Assembly: GCF_006345805.1 (NCBI RefSeq) | Contig: NC_043007.1 | Location: 22,630,001 to 22,694,000 of the forward strand | Length of the DNA: 64,000 nucleotides | Source: Octopus sinensis | Taxonomy: Eukaryota | Direction of reading: 5' to 3' | Part shown: in pieces, positions 24,096 to 37,172 of the stretch | How the letters are laid out: each line of letters opens with the position of its first letter | Position numbering within the stretch: the first letter of the stretch is position 1 | Notes under the pieces: generated by a model | What the model was told of the DNA's origin: nothing | The model's database searches: none | Seen by the model: the letters and a program-made list of their open reading frames with translations, nothing else | Made by a program: the position numbers and the translations under genes

Positions 24096-24515
24096 TATTT
24101 CTTTACTGCCCACAAAGGGCTAAACATAGAGGGGGACAAACAAGGACAGACAAACGGATTAAGTCAATTACATCGATCCCAGTATCTAACTGGTACTTTA
24201 TTTATCAACCCTGAAAGGATGAAAGGCAAAGTCGACCATGGCAGGATTTGAACTCAGAACGTAATGACAGACGAAATACCTATTTCTTTACTACCCACTA
24301 GGGGCTAAACACAGAGAGGACAAACAAGGACAGACAAACAGATTAAGTCGATTATATTGACCCCAGTGCGTAACTGGTACTTATTTAAATGACCCCCGAA
24401 AGGATGAAAGGCAAAGTCGACCTCGGCGGGATTTGAACTCAGCACGTAATGACAGACGAAATATCGCTAAGCATTTTGCCCGGCACGCTAACGTTTCTGC
24501 CAGCTCGCCACCCTA
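24096..24515 (-). mobile_element. SINE family B dimer
   Basis: Recurring junction at 24279/24280; 14-bp TSD agctgtttgatata at 24082-24095 and 24516-24529. Confidence 0.88.
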
Positions 24516-24929
24516 AGCTGTTTGATATAACTCGATGGATATCTCTCATGTCTACCTTCTCTCTTCCTTCCTTCCTATTTTTTCCTTTCCACATGGAGAA
24601 GCCATGTGCCCACCTGTTCAGCAAAAGGCCCACTCCTGTCCTTCTATCATACTTCTATCCCTCAACACTACACCTCACACAGTCGTGGGAGTTTTGTCTG
24701 GTGAGTATTTGGCAACCTCAGCAGAGCTGGTGCCACACAAAAAGCATCCAGATCTTTCTGTAAAGTAGTTAGTTTGTCCAGTAAGATGGCCCTTCCTAAT
24801 GCTATGCCAAAGAAGACCTTGGAGCTTAGTACAGCCCTCTGGTTTACCGATTCCTGTCAAACCATTCAACCCATGCCAGCTTGGAAAAAGGGACATTAAA
24901 TCATCATCATCATAATAATAATAATAATA

Positions 24930-25348
24930 TTGGTTTCAAATTTTAGCACAAGGCCAGAAATTACAGGGGTGAAGTAAGTTGATTAAATCAACCCCAGTGC
25001 TCAACTGGTACTTATTTTATTGACCCCTGAAAGGATAAAAGGAAAAGTCGACCTCGGCAGAATTGAACTCAGAACATAGCGATGAAGTGCTGCTTAGTAT
25101 TCTGCCCAGCATGCTAACGAATCTGCCAGCTCACTGGCTTATAATAATAATAATAATAATAATTCTTTCTACCGGAAGCACAAGGCCTCAAATTTGGGGG
25201 AAGGGATTAAGTCAATGGAGAAGGGGGTTAGTTGATTACATCAACAATGGCAAAGTCAGCGGAATTTGAACTCAAAACATAGCAATGGGCAAAATACCGC
25301 TAAGCATTTCAACCAGCATGCTAACGATTCTGCCAGCTCACTGCCCTA

Positions 25349-25398
<50 letters not shown>

Positions 25399-26035
25399 TA
25401 ATGATAATGATTTCTACTCTAGGAACAAGGCTTTGAAAATTTCTGGAGAAGGGGGCTAGTTGATTACATCGACCCCAGTGCATAACTGGTACTTATTTTA
25501 TTGATCCCAAAAGGATGAAAGGCAAAGTTGACCTTGGCAGAATTTGAATTCAGAACATAAAGATAGATGAAATGCCGCTAAGCATTTTGCCTAGCACGCT
25601 GATGATTCTGCTAGCTCACCGACTTAGTAGTAGTAGTAGTAATGATAATAATAATCCTTTCTATTTTAGGCAAAGGGCCTGAAATTTGAGGGAGGGGGTA
25701 TAGTTGATTACATCGACTCCAGTACTCAACTGGTACTTAATTTATTGATCCCAAAAGGGATGAAAAGTAAAGTCGACCTCGGTGGAATTTGAACTCGGAA
25801 TGTAGTGATGGGAAAAATACTGCGAAGCATTTTGTCCTGTGTGCTAACAATTCTGCCAACTTGCCGCCTTAATAATAATAATCCTTTCTACTATAGGCAC
25901 AAGGCCTAAAATTTGGGGGAGGGGGATAATCAATTACATCGACCCCAGTGTTTTACTGGTACTTAATTTATTGATCTCGAAAGGACGAAAGGCAAAGTTG
26001 ACCTCAGTGGAATTTGAACTCGTAACGTTGCTGCC

Positions 26036-26073
<38 letters not shown>

Positions 26074-26290
26074 CCTTTCTACTATAGGCACAAGGCCTGA
26101 AATTTGGGGGAAGGGGATAATCAATTACATCGACCCCTGTGTTTTACTGGTACTTAATTTATCGATCTCGAAAGGATGAAAGGCAAAGTTGACCTCAGTG
26201 GAATTTGAACTCACAACGTTGCGACCTACAGATGAAATACTGCTAAGCATTTTGTCCAGTGTGCTATTCTGCCAGCTCACCGCCTTAATA
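24930..26290 (-). mobile_element. Array of about six B-related SINEs (different tail) separated by (AAT)n tracts
   Basis: Repeated ctactataggcacaaggcctgaaa...ctgccagctcaccgcc units, each bounded by (AAT)n. Confidence 0.8.
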
Positions 26291-26881
26291 ATAATAATAA
26301 TAATAATAATAATGGTATGTGCTTGGACACTGCATGAATTGTGTGTAAGATGATCTTGTTGCTTTGCACACATCACAAACAGGTCTAGCTGACAATAATG
26401 ACTAGCTGACGTTTATGATTATGATTAAACAATGATCACACATACAATATATATATATGTATATTTGTATGCATTTCTGAATTGTAGTGTATATTTAGCT
26501 AGAGCTGAGGGTGTGCTAGAAGTAGAAATGCACTTGTATGGTTAAAAATCAGTTTCTCATGCCCACTAGATTAAATATACATGTCCTGAATATATGAACA
26601 TTTGATACAGTTGGTCTTACCGGTTTTGCTAAGCCTGGTGAATACAGGAGTGTAATGGTGATACATTTTAGAGGGTACACAACACTAATACTTAATAGAT
26701 TTGTTGGTGGGGTGGAGAAAATCTATTAAATTATATATATGTTGATCATATTAATTTATTTGTTTATGTTGTTATTTTTTCATAAACATTCCAGGTTGGT
26801 TCAGCCGGAATGCGTTTATGCAAATTTAAGGTGTCTGCATATTGTTGGAGAAAGCATTTTGTTTTCCAGCCAAATACACAA

Positions 26882-27090
26882 AGGCGCAGGAGTGGCTGTG
26901 TGGTAAGTAGCTTGCTAACCAACCACATGGTTTCGGGTTCAGTCCCACTGCGCGGCATCTTGGGCAAGTGTCTTCTGCTATAGCCCCGGGCCGACCAAAG
27001 CCTTGTGAGTGGATTTGGTAGACGGAAACTGAAAGAAGCCTGTCGTATATATGTATATATATATATTATATGTATATATATATATATTAT

Positions 27091-27121
<31 letters not shown>

Positions 27122-27400
27122 TATATATGTGTGTGTGTGTGGTGTGTGTGTGTGTGTGTGTGGTGTGTGTGTGTGTGTGTGTGTATATGTTTGTGTGTCT
27201 GTGTTTGTTCCTCTAGCATTGCTTGACAACCGATGCTGGTGTGTTTATGTCCCCGTCACTTAGCGGTTCGGCAAAAGAGACCGATAGAATAAGTACTGGG
27301 CTTACAAAGAATAAGTCCCGGGGTCGATTTGCTCGACTAAAGGCGGTGCTCCAGCATGGCCGCAGTCAAGTGACTGAAACAAGTAAAAGAGTAAAAGAGT
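26882..27400 (+). mobile_element. SINE family A, full length
   Basis: Homology to other A copies. Confidence 0.82.
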
Positions 27401-27595
27401 AATTCACCTGTGATGCGTAACTGGCTTTTGTCAGCCAAGCTCAAATAATTATCATAATAATAATAATAATAATAATAGTTATATATTCTTGAGACAACAT
27501 CAATGTACCTGATCAGAAAATTGGTTGCTGATTATACATTGTCAATTAGAAAAATACATATGTGCACGTATCATCAGCATCTTATATTTATAAGA

Positions 27596-27925
27596 TGTCT
27601 TGGGGAAATTTCAAACCTGGGTTCTCATTCTCATTTCGACATTATTTATTATCATTATTATTATTATTCAGGTCACTGCCTGGAATCGATCTCGGAATCT
27701 TGGGGTTAGTAGCCCGTGCTTTTAACTCCAAGATTCCGAGTTCGATTCCAGGCAGTGACCTGAATAATAATGATGATAATAATATCGAAAAATACCGTAG
27801 GAATGAGAACCCAGGTTCAAAATTTTCCCAAGACACCTGATGAAGGCTGGAGGGTATATCAGCCGAAATGTTGTGTTAACAACAAACAAGATGAGGACAA
27901 ATATCCCTCAAATGTAAATAATGAA
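27596..27925 (+). mobile_element. Fold-back tRNA-head SINE with Penelope-like tail
   Basis: Inverted arms at about 27596-27702 and 27727-27835; B-box GTTCGATTC at 27740-27748; CTGATGA...GAAA motif at 27837-27868. Confidence 0.65.
27832..27877 (+). ncRNA. Candidate minimal type-I hammerhead ribozyme (one variant base)
   Basis: Helix I GACAC/GUGUU, core CUGAUGA, extra A, helix II GGCUG/CAGCC, GAAA, then U-GUU where the canonical motif has C-GUH. Confidence 0.45.
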
Positions 27926-29212
27926 CATTTCCAGTGTCAAAAAAATCTAACCATTCAAGATTTGGTGTGGAACTGGGTCTAACAACAATTTCATCTTTGC
28001 AGTGCTTCTTCTGAGCAAGGCCACCCGTATATATTCAGTGCATGTTAGCTACTATCGAGAGATAATGGACAGTAGATGACAAATGGTAGACATCAGGTCA
28101 GACATAGACTAGCAGCAGAGTGGAGGCGCAATGGCCCAGTGATTAGGGCAGCGGACTCACGGTAGTAATAACATTGTTTCAATTCCCAGACCGGGCATTG
28201 TGATTGTTTTTTGAGCAAAAACACCTAAGCTCCACATGGCTCCAGTTTGTGGGGATAAACTCCGCTGTACTCTTTCACCACAACTTTCTCTCACTCTTTC
28301 TTCCTACTTCTATCACAAAGCAGGGGAACCATGTTGTAACCCACTATGGTGTGGTAAACTTTCAGAACCTAGTCTAGATTGCGAATCCTCTGTACCCCAG
28401 GATGGTTCAGCTCTCCACCCGTTAAAAGCCACCGTTTACGGAATGAGGATAACAACGTAGCTTTCGTGCCCGTGCAACCACCAGGCTATTGCATGTGGTG
28501 GGTGGATTTTCAAGTTGCGACATGCATTCTTAGTAGCTTAGAGTAGGCTCGAATTAGAGATTATTCTTTGTGGCTAATGGCAGGAGTCCTGATTGGCAGA
28601 AGAAGACAGCAGCAGAACCAGCAGTTGGTCAGAGCACTGTCACAACCCAAAAACACTGGGCAGATGGTGACAGCAACATACAATGAGTAAGCTAATATCA
28701 AGGAACCCACAACAGCAACTATGATCAAACTAGTCCAAGAACAATAAACTTCAAACTATTTCGAGGTTTGTCATTCGGAGTAACAACATTTTTTGTTTAG
28801 GATAAAAATAGATATTTTTAATCAAAAATCTTAAACTGTTCTTTATCATAACTTTACAAAAAAAAAAAAAAAGTATTGGGTCATCCTTCAGAATAATGAA
28901 AACTTGTTATTATAACTTGATATAGAAAACTAACATTAATATATCGTAGGAATTGAATTTTTAAATTCCCACAATAAACACAAATACACAAAGTTTTTCC
29001 CATTGTCAAAGGTTGCTGTACATAATACACCCTAATTACTTTTATATGCATCTGTGTGTGGCTACCAGCTACTAGATTTCATTCACAAGGAATCAGCCTG
29101 TCTGTTTGGTTAATGCTGGTGTTTGATAACAGCTCTGTCATTCTTATTCTAACAAAGACCAAACATAAACATGCACACACATATATAAATACACACACAC
29201 ACACATATATAA

Positions 29213-29246
<34 letters not shown>

Positions 29247-29339
29247 TCTGTTGACAGTCAGAACACTGAATCTTAAAGCAGAATATGTCTCAGAATGAGT
29301 CATACAAACCTAGTTATAATAACCTAAAATTAGGTTATA

Positions 29340-29500
29340 AATAATAATAATAATAAGAAGAATGATAATAATAATAATAATGATAATAATAATAACAATG
29401 ATAATAATAATGATGATAATAATAATAACAATAATAATAATAATGATAATAATAATGATACTAATAATAATGATAATAATACTAATAATAATGGAATAAA
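29340..29500. repeat. Degenerate (AAT)n microsatellite
   Basis: Read directly. Confidence 0.95.
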
Positions 29501-30764
29501 AAATAATCAAGCTAAGAAGTTATGTGTGTGTGGTGGGGAGAAAGAGGTGCAGGAAATTTTAACTGGGGAAGCTGTTAGAATGTTCAAGATGTGAAAGGAA
29601 TTGGTGCAGAGTGGACGGAAGCATGAAGAAGTTGGGGACATAACTATGGCACTTGTAACAGGAAAAGTATGGCACCGTATGTGTGCATGCGCGTATGTGT
29701 GTGAGTGGGGGAGGGGAAGGAGGGAGGGAGAGTGATGGGGACTTAAGTGCGAAGGGGTAAAAATACGGAGATGGAAAAGAGATGCAAGTAAAGATGGCAA
29801 AGGGAAAAGACAAGTAGAGGAGAAATGGAGAGAGAGAAAGAAAGAGGGCATGGTAAGACAATAGAAAAGAAATGACAAAAATAAATGAAGTGAGCATAAA
29901 AAAAGGGAGTGTGGGTGGGGGTGGGGGAAGACAAAGAACTGTTTGAAAAACAATAATCAGAGAGAAAAAACAAAACATCACTAAGCAAGCTGGCATGAGA
30001 AAGGAGAAAGTTAGGGAGGAGTGAATTCTTTCAAAATATAGTTCTTTTTCTATCTTGCCCTCCTTTTCTTTTTCTCACACACATACACACACACACAGAG
30101 GACTAATAATAGATTGACCTTTAATTGGGGTCATTCAAGTGCTGGCTCTTAAGTTACTTAAGTTTCTCAAAATGCTTTAGAGTGCTGCACGTGGCTTTCA
30201 GGCTAATATACTTTCTCAATGTACCAAGACCAAACCCCATGAAAAAGTGCAGTCAAGTTTGGCCCTTCGTGCTCACAAACCAATGGTTCAGTCCTAAATC
30301 AGTCATGATTGAGAAGATCTATGATGGAAAACATGATTACAGTGTATGATATATTCAACTCCCCAAGACAGGTTTTCAACAAACCAGCTCACCACCTTAA
30401 AAATAACAATCTTTTCTACAACAGGTACAAATCTTGAAACTTAGTGTGGTATGGGGCAGTTGATTTGATCAACCCCAGTGCTCAACTGGTACTTTATTTC
30501 ATCAACTCTGAAAGGAAGAAAGGCTAAGTCAACCTTGGTGGAATGTGAGCTCAAAACATAATTTTGGAAGAGGTCTTTTTACACTGTTTTTTTTGGTACA
30601 TTTTGGATATCTCACTGGTTCAAAAATTGGGTTATCTTCCCTCGTTTTACAAGAAACATTGTTACTTTTGGTTATCGCATTCAACTAAAAAAATTGTTTA
30701 GCCCTCAATAACACAAAAAAATATTACTAAACATAAAAAGTGAAAAAATGAAACATCATTTGGG

Positions 30765-31366
30765 GACCTACAGATTTAAAAAATAATTTTTTGTAACAAA
30801 ACACTTTCAAACTTCGGACATTGGTAGAATGTGTCATATAAAACATCTTTTACTCTTAGCACTTTTGAGAAAAGCTTATATGTTAAAGTTCTCGTATTTC
30901 GGTAATTTCAACCAATCAATGACATGTATTCAGCTGAATAAAATTACTGCTGTTTGTCAACAAGAACTTCCAGCAGTGTATTTTTTGTTTGTCACTGTTA
31001 TTTATGACATCGTTCATGCGTTTGTACTGGTTTTAAGATTAGGGTGTTAGGGTTAGGGTTTTAGGGTTAGGGTCTTAGTGTTAAGGTTTTAGGGTTAGGG
31101 TTGCCATAAATAACAGTGACAAACGAAAAATACACTGCTGGAAGTTCTTGTTGACAAACAACAGCAGTAATTTTATTTAGCTGAATACACGTCATTGATT
31201 GGTTGAAATTACTGAAATAGGACTACTTTAACGTGAAATAACTTTGTAATATAAGCGTTTGTCAAAAATGTTAAGAGTAAAAGATATTTTATATGACACA
31301 TTCTACCAGTGTCCGAAGTTTGAAAGTGTTTAGTTACAAAAAAATATTTTTTTAAATCTGTAGGTC
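30765..31366. mobile_element. Long-TIR fold-back element with an internal (TTAGGG)n patch
   Basis: Arms at 30765-31009 and 31102-31366 are reverse complements; the centre has 7 exact TTAGGG copies. Confidence 0.8.
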
Positions 31367-31791
31367 AAAAGGTAAAGATCCTCATTTTGAATCTGATAAT
31401 ATTTCTATAAGAAAGCTTACAAAACTGAAAAGGTTAATAAACATGAAAACAGGAAAAATTAAACATCCTGCTGAATCTGATATTTTTATAACAAATCATA
31501 ATATGCCTGTTGAGGAGGTCAAATGTCAACAGTATGTTGACGTATTGAATGAAAAGGATCTCACTTTTAATCCAATCTGTTGTCATCACATTAACTCTGG
31601 GGAGATAACCCAATTTCTCAAAACAAAACATGCCACCTTCCCCCCCCCCTCTCTCTCCAGTAAATATCAGCAAAATTTTGGGGATCCTTCCATCCATTAT
31701 TAAATATACAAAACAGAATTTCATTCCATATAATCTGTCTTCCTTCACCACGGTATTCCAAACTGAAAGACTAAATACACTTAAATTATTA

Positions 31792-32186
31792 CTAGCAGTA
31801 TCGCCCGGCGTTGCTGGGGTTTGTTTCAACCCTTTAGAATTGGAATTTTTGAAAAGTAAAAATTTGGCATTCTGTAGCTTGTTATTCTCTTTAAGTGAAC
31901 ATTTTTCTGGTTGAAATACACTGGAAAATGACAACACAGCAGTAAAAAAATCGTAAAAAATAGGGATTTTCATAGAAAAAAAAGCACCATTTTGATGTAA
32001 ATAATTTTTGGTGTTAACATGGTCTGATTTGAATTTTTTTCTTCTATGGAAGGAAGAGCAAGCCTTCTATCATACTCTCTATTTTGGTCAACTTGCACCG
32101 CAGGGTCTCGGAGGAGATAGTGTTAGTTGAAGGCTACCAAACCTGCCATACACACACAGACAACTTCAGCTTTATATATAGAGAGA
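31792..32186 (-). mobile_element. Non-autonomous Helitron
   Basis: On the minus strand: A|TC start, CCC(C)AGCAACGCCGGG hairpin, CTAG|T end. 3' end shared with 13171-13555. Confidence 0.75.
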
Positions 32187-33359
32187 TTAAACACTAGCTT
32201 AAAAGCCGTACTCTTTGCAGACTTTTAAGCTAGCTCCCGCAGAGGGCTGATTAGATTTGCAGCCCAAAACTAAAGAGAGCTAAATAGCTTTATAAGGTCT
32301 TTAATGACTATATGCCCTGGTGGTGTTTGATCGGAGGTTAAGGACAGATGAGAATTTATTCTGTAATGCAATCATTCTATTGTTCCAGTCCCAAGTTGAA
32401 TTCCAACTGTTGGCCAATTTGTCCCAAATTTCTTATCTTGACATAAAATTAATGAAGCGAATGACATTTATCTCCCCTTTGATTTCTGACATCATCTGAC
32501 AAACGCCACCAAGATGGTGTGAATCAGCCAAGCTTTACCTGCTAGAAATAGCAACCCAAATGCTTTTAAATCAGATCCCAATGCTGGATGTTCAAGAACC
32601 AAATGAAGATCAGATTTTCAATCCTGGGATCATCCTGATTCCGAAAAGGTGTAAGATGTCTATGTAGAGCAAATATAGGCTGAGATACAGGGGTCCCAGA
32701 CGGACAGACAGAATTTTGCTTCTATTATTATAGATGGCAATCTAGCTATCATTTCAGTTTCCACAGCCACTCCAGTTTGACAAATACTGACCTGTTGTAT
32801 TGTGCATCCAGGAAAAGTAAAACGGAATCCAAATGCAAAACAGAGAAACAGGATCCACTTCAAATAATAATTATTGTCAATTTCAGGAAAAGACGTAAAC
32901 TAGACACAAACAATTGATAACCTAGAAACTTATCAATAAACATACACACACCTACTTGTATATATAAATTTACGCACACGTTCACATACATACATAAAAT
33001 ATATATGTATACACATTCACACATATTAATGAGGAATCAAGAGTCTTTTCTCCTTATGGAAGCCAATCATTTCAGACTCTTTCACTTTCTATGGAATAAC
33101 TGTCTCCAACACAAGTCATATCCTGTCTTGTCAGAGTTTATCTCATATCACATCTTGAGAGGGGCACAGGCAAGGCTGTGTGATTGCAAAGCAAGCTTCT
33201 CAACCACATGGTTTCAAGTTCAATCCCATTCTATGGCATCTTTACCAAGTGCCTTCTTCTATAGCCTCCAAGCCAACTAATGTCTCATCAGTGAATTCGG
33301 TAGATGGAAACCGTGTATATATAGGTATGCATGTAGGTAGGTATGTGTGTGTGTGTATG

Positions 33360-33661
33360 CAGTGGTAGACTGGCCAGGCTGCCAGCCTGTCCGGTGGCAA
33401 GTGGGCTCCTGCGGCATTAGAATCTATATATGGGGGCCCATGTTAGTAGCTAAGGGGCCCGTCCCCTTAAGTTTGAGAATTTTTTTTTCACTCCTGGAAG
33501 AATGCATTAATTATTTCAGCTGTGTTTGTAGACAGTTGAAAAGAATACTTTTAACAAAAATAATAATAATAATAATAATAATAAATTATAGCATTGTAGT
33601 TGCGGGTGGGCCCCCTTGTAGTCTCCTGGCAACCAATATTTTTAGACCCAGTCTGCTACTG
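33360..33661. mobile_element. hAT-like MITE inserted in the (TG)n of a family A SINE
   Basis: TIR cagtggtagactgg / ccagtctgctactg (12/14); flanks tgtgtatg and catgtatg. Confidence 0.6.
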
Positions 33662-36604
33662 CATGTATGTATTGTTTTTGTTTTTGTCTTCCACCAATAC
33701 TTGACAACCAGTGTTGGTTTGTTTACATCTCTGTGGCAAAAGAGACTGATAGAATAGTTACCAGACTTCAAAAATAAAATAAAAATAAGCACTGGGGACA
33801 ATTTGTTGTGACTAAACCATTCCAGTCAGTGCTCCAGTATGGCCACAGTCCAATGACTGAAATGAGTAAAAGAAAATTCTCAACTTCCACATGCAAGTAG
33901 TTCAACAGAGGCACGTAGAATTAACACACGCATTGCCCCAAATGCACAATGAAACACTTAATGGCACTCCGTCGGTTATGACAATGAGGGTTCCAGTTCA
34001 CCTGATCAACGGAACAGCCTGCTTGTGAAATTAACGTGCAAGTGGCTGAGCACTACACAAACACATGTACCCTTAAAGGGAGATTCAGCGTGATACAGAA
34101 TCTGACAAATCTGGCCCTTTGAAATAGAGGTACTACCCACTTTTGCCAGCTGAGTGGACTGGTGAAATGTGAAATAAAGTGTCTTGCTCAAGGACACAAC
34201 ATGTCGCTGGGATTTGAACTCCCAACTTTATGATCGTGTGCCAAATACCCTTAACTATCAAGCCATGCGCCTTAATGAAACAATTATCTTGGAACTATCT
34301 TAATGAAACATTTAACCATCTTTGAAAAGTCCTACATCTGCAAGATGAACAACACTTCAATTTTTTGTTTTTTTCCAATGTTTGATGGTATCATCATCAT
34401 CATCATCGTTGTCGTTTTAATGTCCACTTTTTCATGCCCACATGGGTCAGACAGAATTTGAAGTACATTTTCTATGGCTGGATGACCTTCCTGTCACCAA
34501 CCCTTGCCTGTTTCCAGATAGGGTCATATTTACCCATGATCAGGCATGTTTACATGGAAGATTGAAAACAAAGGCCACAGCTTGCATTCTAGTGATGCTC
34601 ATGTGCATCTATCATGCAATACATAACCTAAAGCAACATTTTTTCAGGGGCCCTTAAAATACTATTGTGGATCCCCAATTTACTATTTTGCTGCGTGGAC
34701 CCCTAAGAATTTTACATAGGTCCTCAGGGCTGTTTGGACCCTGGTTGAATATCACTGCAGTAGATAAACCAACCAAGCAGAAACCACCTGCGTGGACCCC
34801 TAAAAATTTTACATAGGTCCTCTGGGCCATATGGACCCTGGATGAAAATCACTGTAGTAGATAAACCAACCAAGCAGAGACCACCTGACTGGCTCAAAAG
34901 CAGTAATTAAGAGTGAAGATTGTGCACAAGCTGGTCACAACCAATGTGGTCCCTCGGTCAACATGCTAGAAGAGAAGCTTCTACATGGTCACTTGAACTG
35001 CTAGAAATAACAACCAAATTTCCCTCAAATCACATGCTAGTGGATTTCAACAGAAAAAAACAAGAGAGGAAAACAAAACATATACATAGCATATAATGTG
35101 TGTCTGAAAGAAGACAGGATTTCCTCAGATGGAACGTCTTTGATCATGTGTCTGCTCAGTCAGGGCTGACCTGCTGCTAAGTCACTTTGAAGTAAGGGAA
35201 GTAGAGACTGGATTGAAAGTGAAAGTAAAAGGTGTGTATGTATGTATGTATGTGTAAACATGTGCATATATTCACACACACACACACACAAGTACGTATG
35301 TAAGGAAAAAGTGTTTGAGAGAGAGAAAGAAACAATGAGTATGTATGTGTGTACGATATGAATAGCCGATATTACTGTGAGAGAAAGACAGAGTGTAAGG
35401 AATATGTAAAGTTTTCTTTATGTAATGCAAGCAATTGTAAACATGGACAGAAAGAGATATATGGAATTGAGAGAGTAAGAGAGAGAGGGGGAGAGAGGGA
35501 GAGAGTGTATGTGAGAGAGAGGGGGAGGGGAGAGGGAGAGAGTCAGGCAGGCAGATAGAAGGGGAGGTACTTCTGTAGCATTAGCAAAGACCAGATATTA
35601 TATTTCCACAATAACCTGAGGTCTGAGGATGAGGGTGAGTTATAAGATGTAAGGGGAGAGAGAGAGAGAGAGAGAGAGAGAGTAATTAATATTACAAAGG
35701 GGAGTAAAAGATGTTAGGAAAAGAAGGAAAGGAGAAAATAATGGAGCAGATGAGGAAAGGGAAAAGTAGTAAGTGGAGGGTGGAGGCAGGGAGTGGGAGT
35801 GTAAAAAAACCATGGATATGAGATAGAGGAGGAGAGAGTAAGGAATCAATGAAAGTGGAAGGGAGAAGAAACAGCTGGTGGGTGGGGGAGGCAAAAAGCA
35901 AAGAGAAAGGTGCTGAACGGAAAGGGGAAAGTAGAAGATGCATCCCAGAAGGAGAAGGAGGTAGTTGTAGGAAGAGGAAAGAAAAGTGTATAAAAGAAAC
36001 CATTGATAAAAAGCGTTTTTTTCCTTCCTCATCCTCCATCACTCTCTCTCTTTCACATACACACACACACACACTACTCCCTCCTTCTCCTATTCCCCCA
36101 CCCCACCTCCGTTCTAATCTATCCTTTACAGTCAACTGCTCAGCCATGAAAGCAGAGGTTGTCAGCTTGTTTGTTTTGATGAGGATAATGATGATAACAG
36201 AAGTTGCTTTGTGATATACATAAGAGTGGGCTGGCCTATAAGAGTATCAGGAAAACGAAGAGAGGGAGGAAGAATGAGAGAGAGAGAGAGAGAGAGAAAT
36301 GGTGGGGGGGGGGGTGTGGATTGGAGAGAATTAGGTCAGCTGGAAAGTCCATTTGTTGTTATTGCTATTGTTTAGCCACAGGTTAGCTTGAAGGAAGCAG
36401 ATCTATGATCAAAAGCATTCCAGCCATGACAATCCCTGTTGTTTTATTTTATCCAAAGAATGTATCAAGGACTTGATTACTTAATGTGCCATTCTGTTTT
36501 TAAGATGCAACGATGCAATACGAAGGAAATTTTATTACTATAGCCCCCCCCCCCCCCCAAAAAAAACAAAAGGACTCAATACTGATAGAGTGGGTACATG
36601 ATAA

Positions 36605-36690
36605 TTACTCATCTGTTACTGCACAGTTTCACTAGTGTAGATTGTAATAAAAATCCACACTGGTAAAACTGTGCAGTAATGGATGAATAA
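36605..36690. repeat. 39-bp-arm hairpin, probably a palindromic MITE
   Basis: Arms at 36605-36643 and 36652-36690, 8-nt loop, 6 mismatches, all transitions. Confidence 0.75.
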
Positions 36691-36972
36691 CCTATTATAC
36701 TGTATAACACACATCTTACAACACAACACCTTCTATCTTCACTGGACCCTAGGGTACTTTCAAATTAGCTGAATAGTTGGAGCTCCATCAGTTATTACTC
36801 AGGTTATTCCAAGTAGTATATATATATGCTTCACTCCTGACCCGTCAGAAACAACTAGAAGCCATTCTTTCAGGCAATGCCTTTACAATTTCCACCCAAC
36901 AAAAATCCCATTGTTCCAAGTGGTTTAACTCATAGCAACTGTGGCATTTCATCTGGGAGTAACTCCCTTTAT

Positions 36973-37172
36973 CCCTTTTGCATTCAGACTATTTATTCAC
37001 AATGATTTGGTTTAGTCATGCATTAACATTGTGGCTTTGAGATTTCAATGATGTGATTGTTTATTTTTATAAAAATATCGTAAGGTAAGTATGAGAAGCT
37101 GGATCTGCCCAGTTTGAAGATAAAACAGACACATTATTTTGGCCAAACACGGCTGGTTTAAATGCTAAAGGG
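36973..37172. mobile_element. piggyBac-like MITE (related copy at about 41595-41813)
   Basis: CCCTTT..GCATT / AATGCTAAAGGG termini, TTAA on the right; shared gagatttcaatgatgtgattg interior. Confidence 0.6.

Noticed and set aside
24930-26290. Regularly spaced repeats that look superficially CRISPR-like (also 2583-2685 and 53070-53460)
   Set aside because: The units are SINEs or minisatellites without unique spacers, the context is eukaryotic, and there are no cas genes.
30154-30240. Minus-strand MGFGLGTLRKYISLK... as the PTP first exon (LRKYI resembles PTPN12 LRKFI)
   Set aside because: The only donor is phase 2, incompatible with the phase-0 start of exon 22446, and the frame stops immediately.
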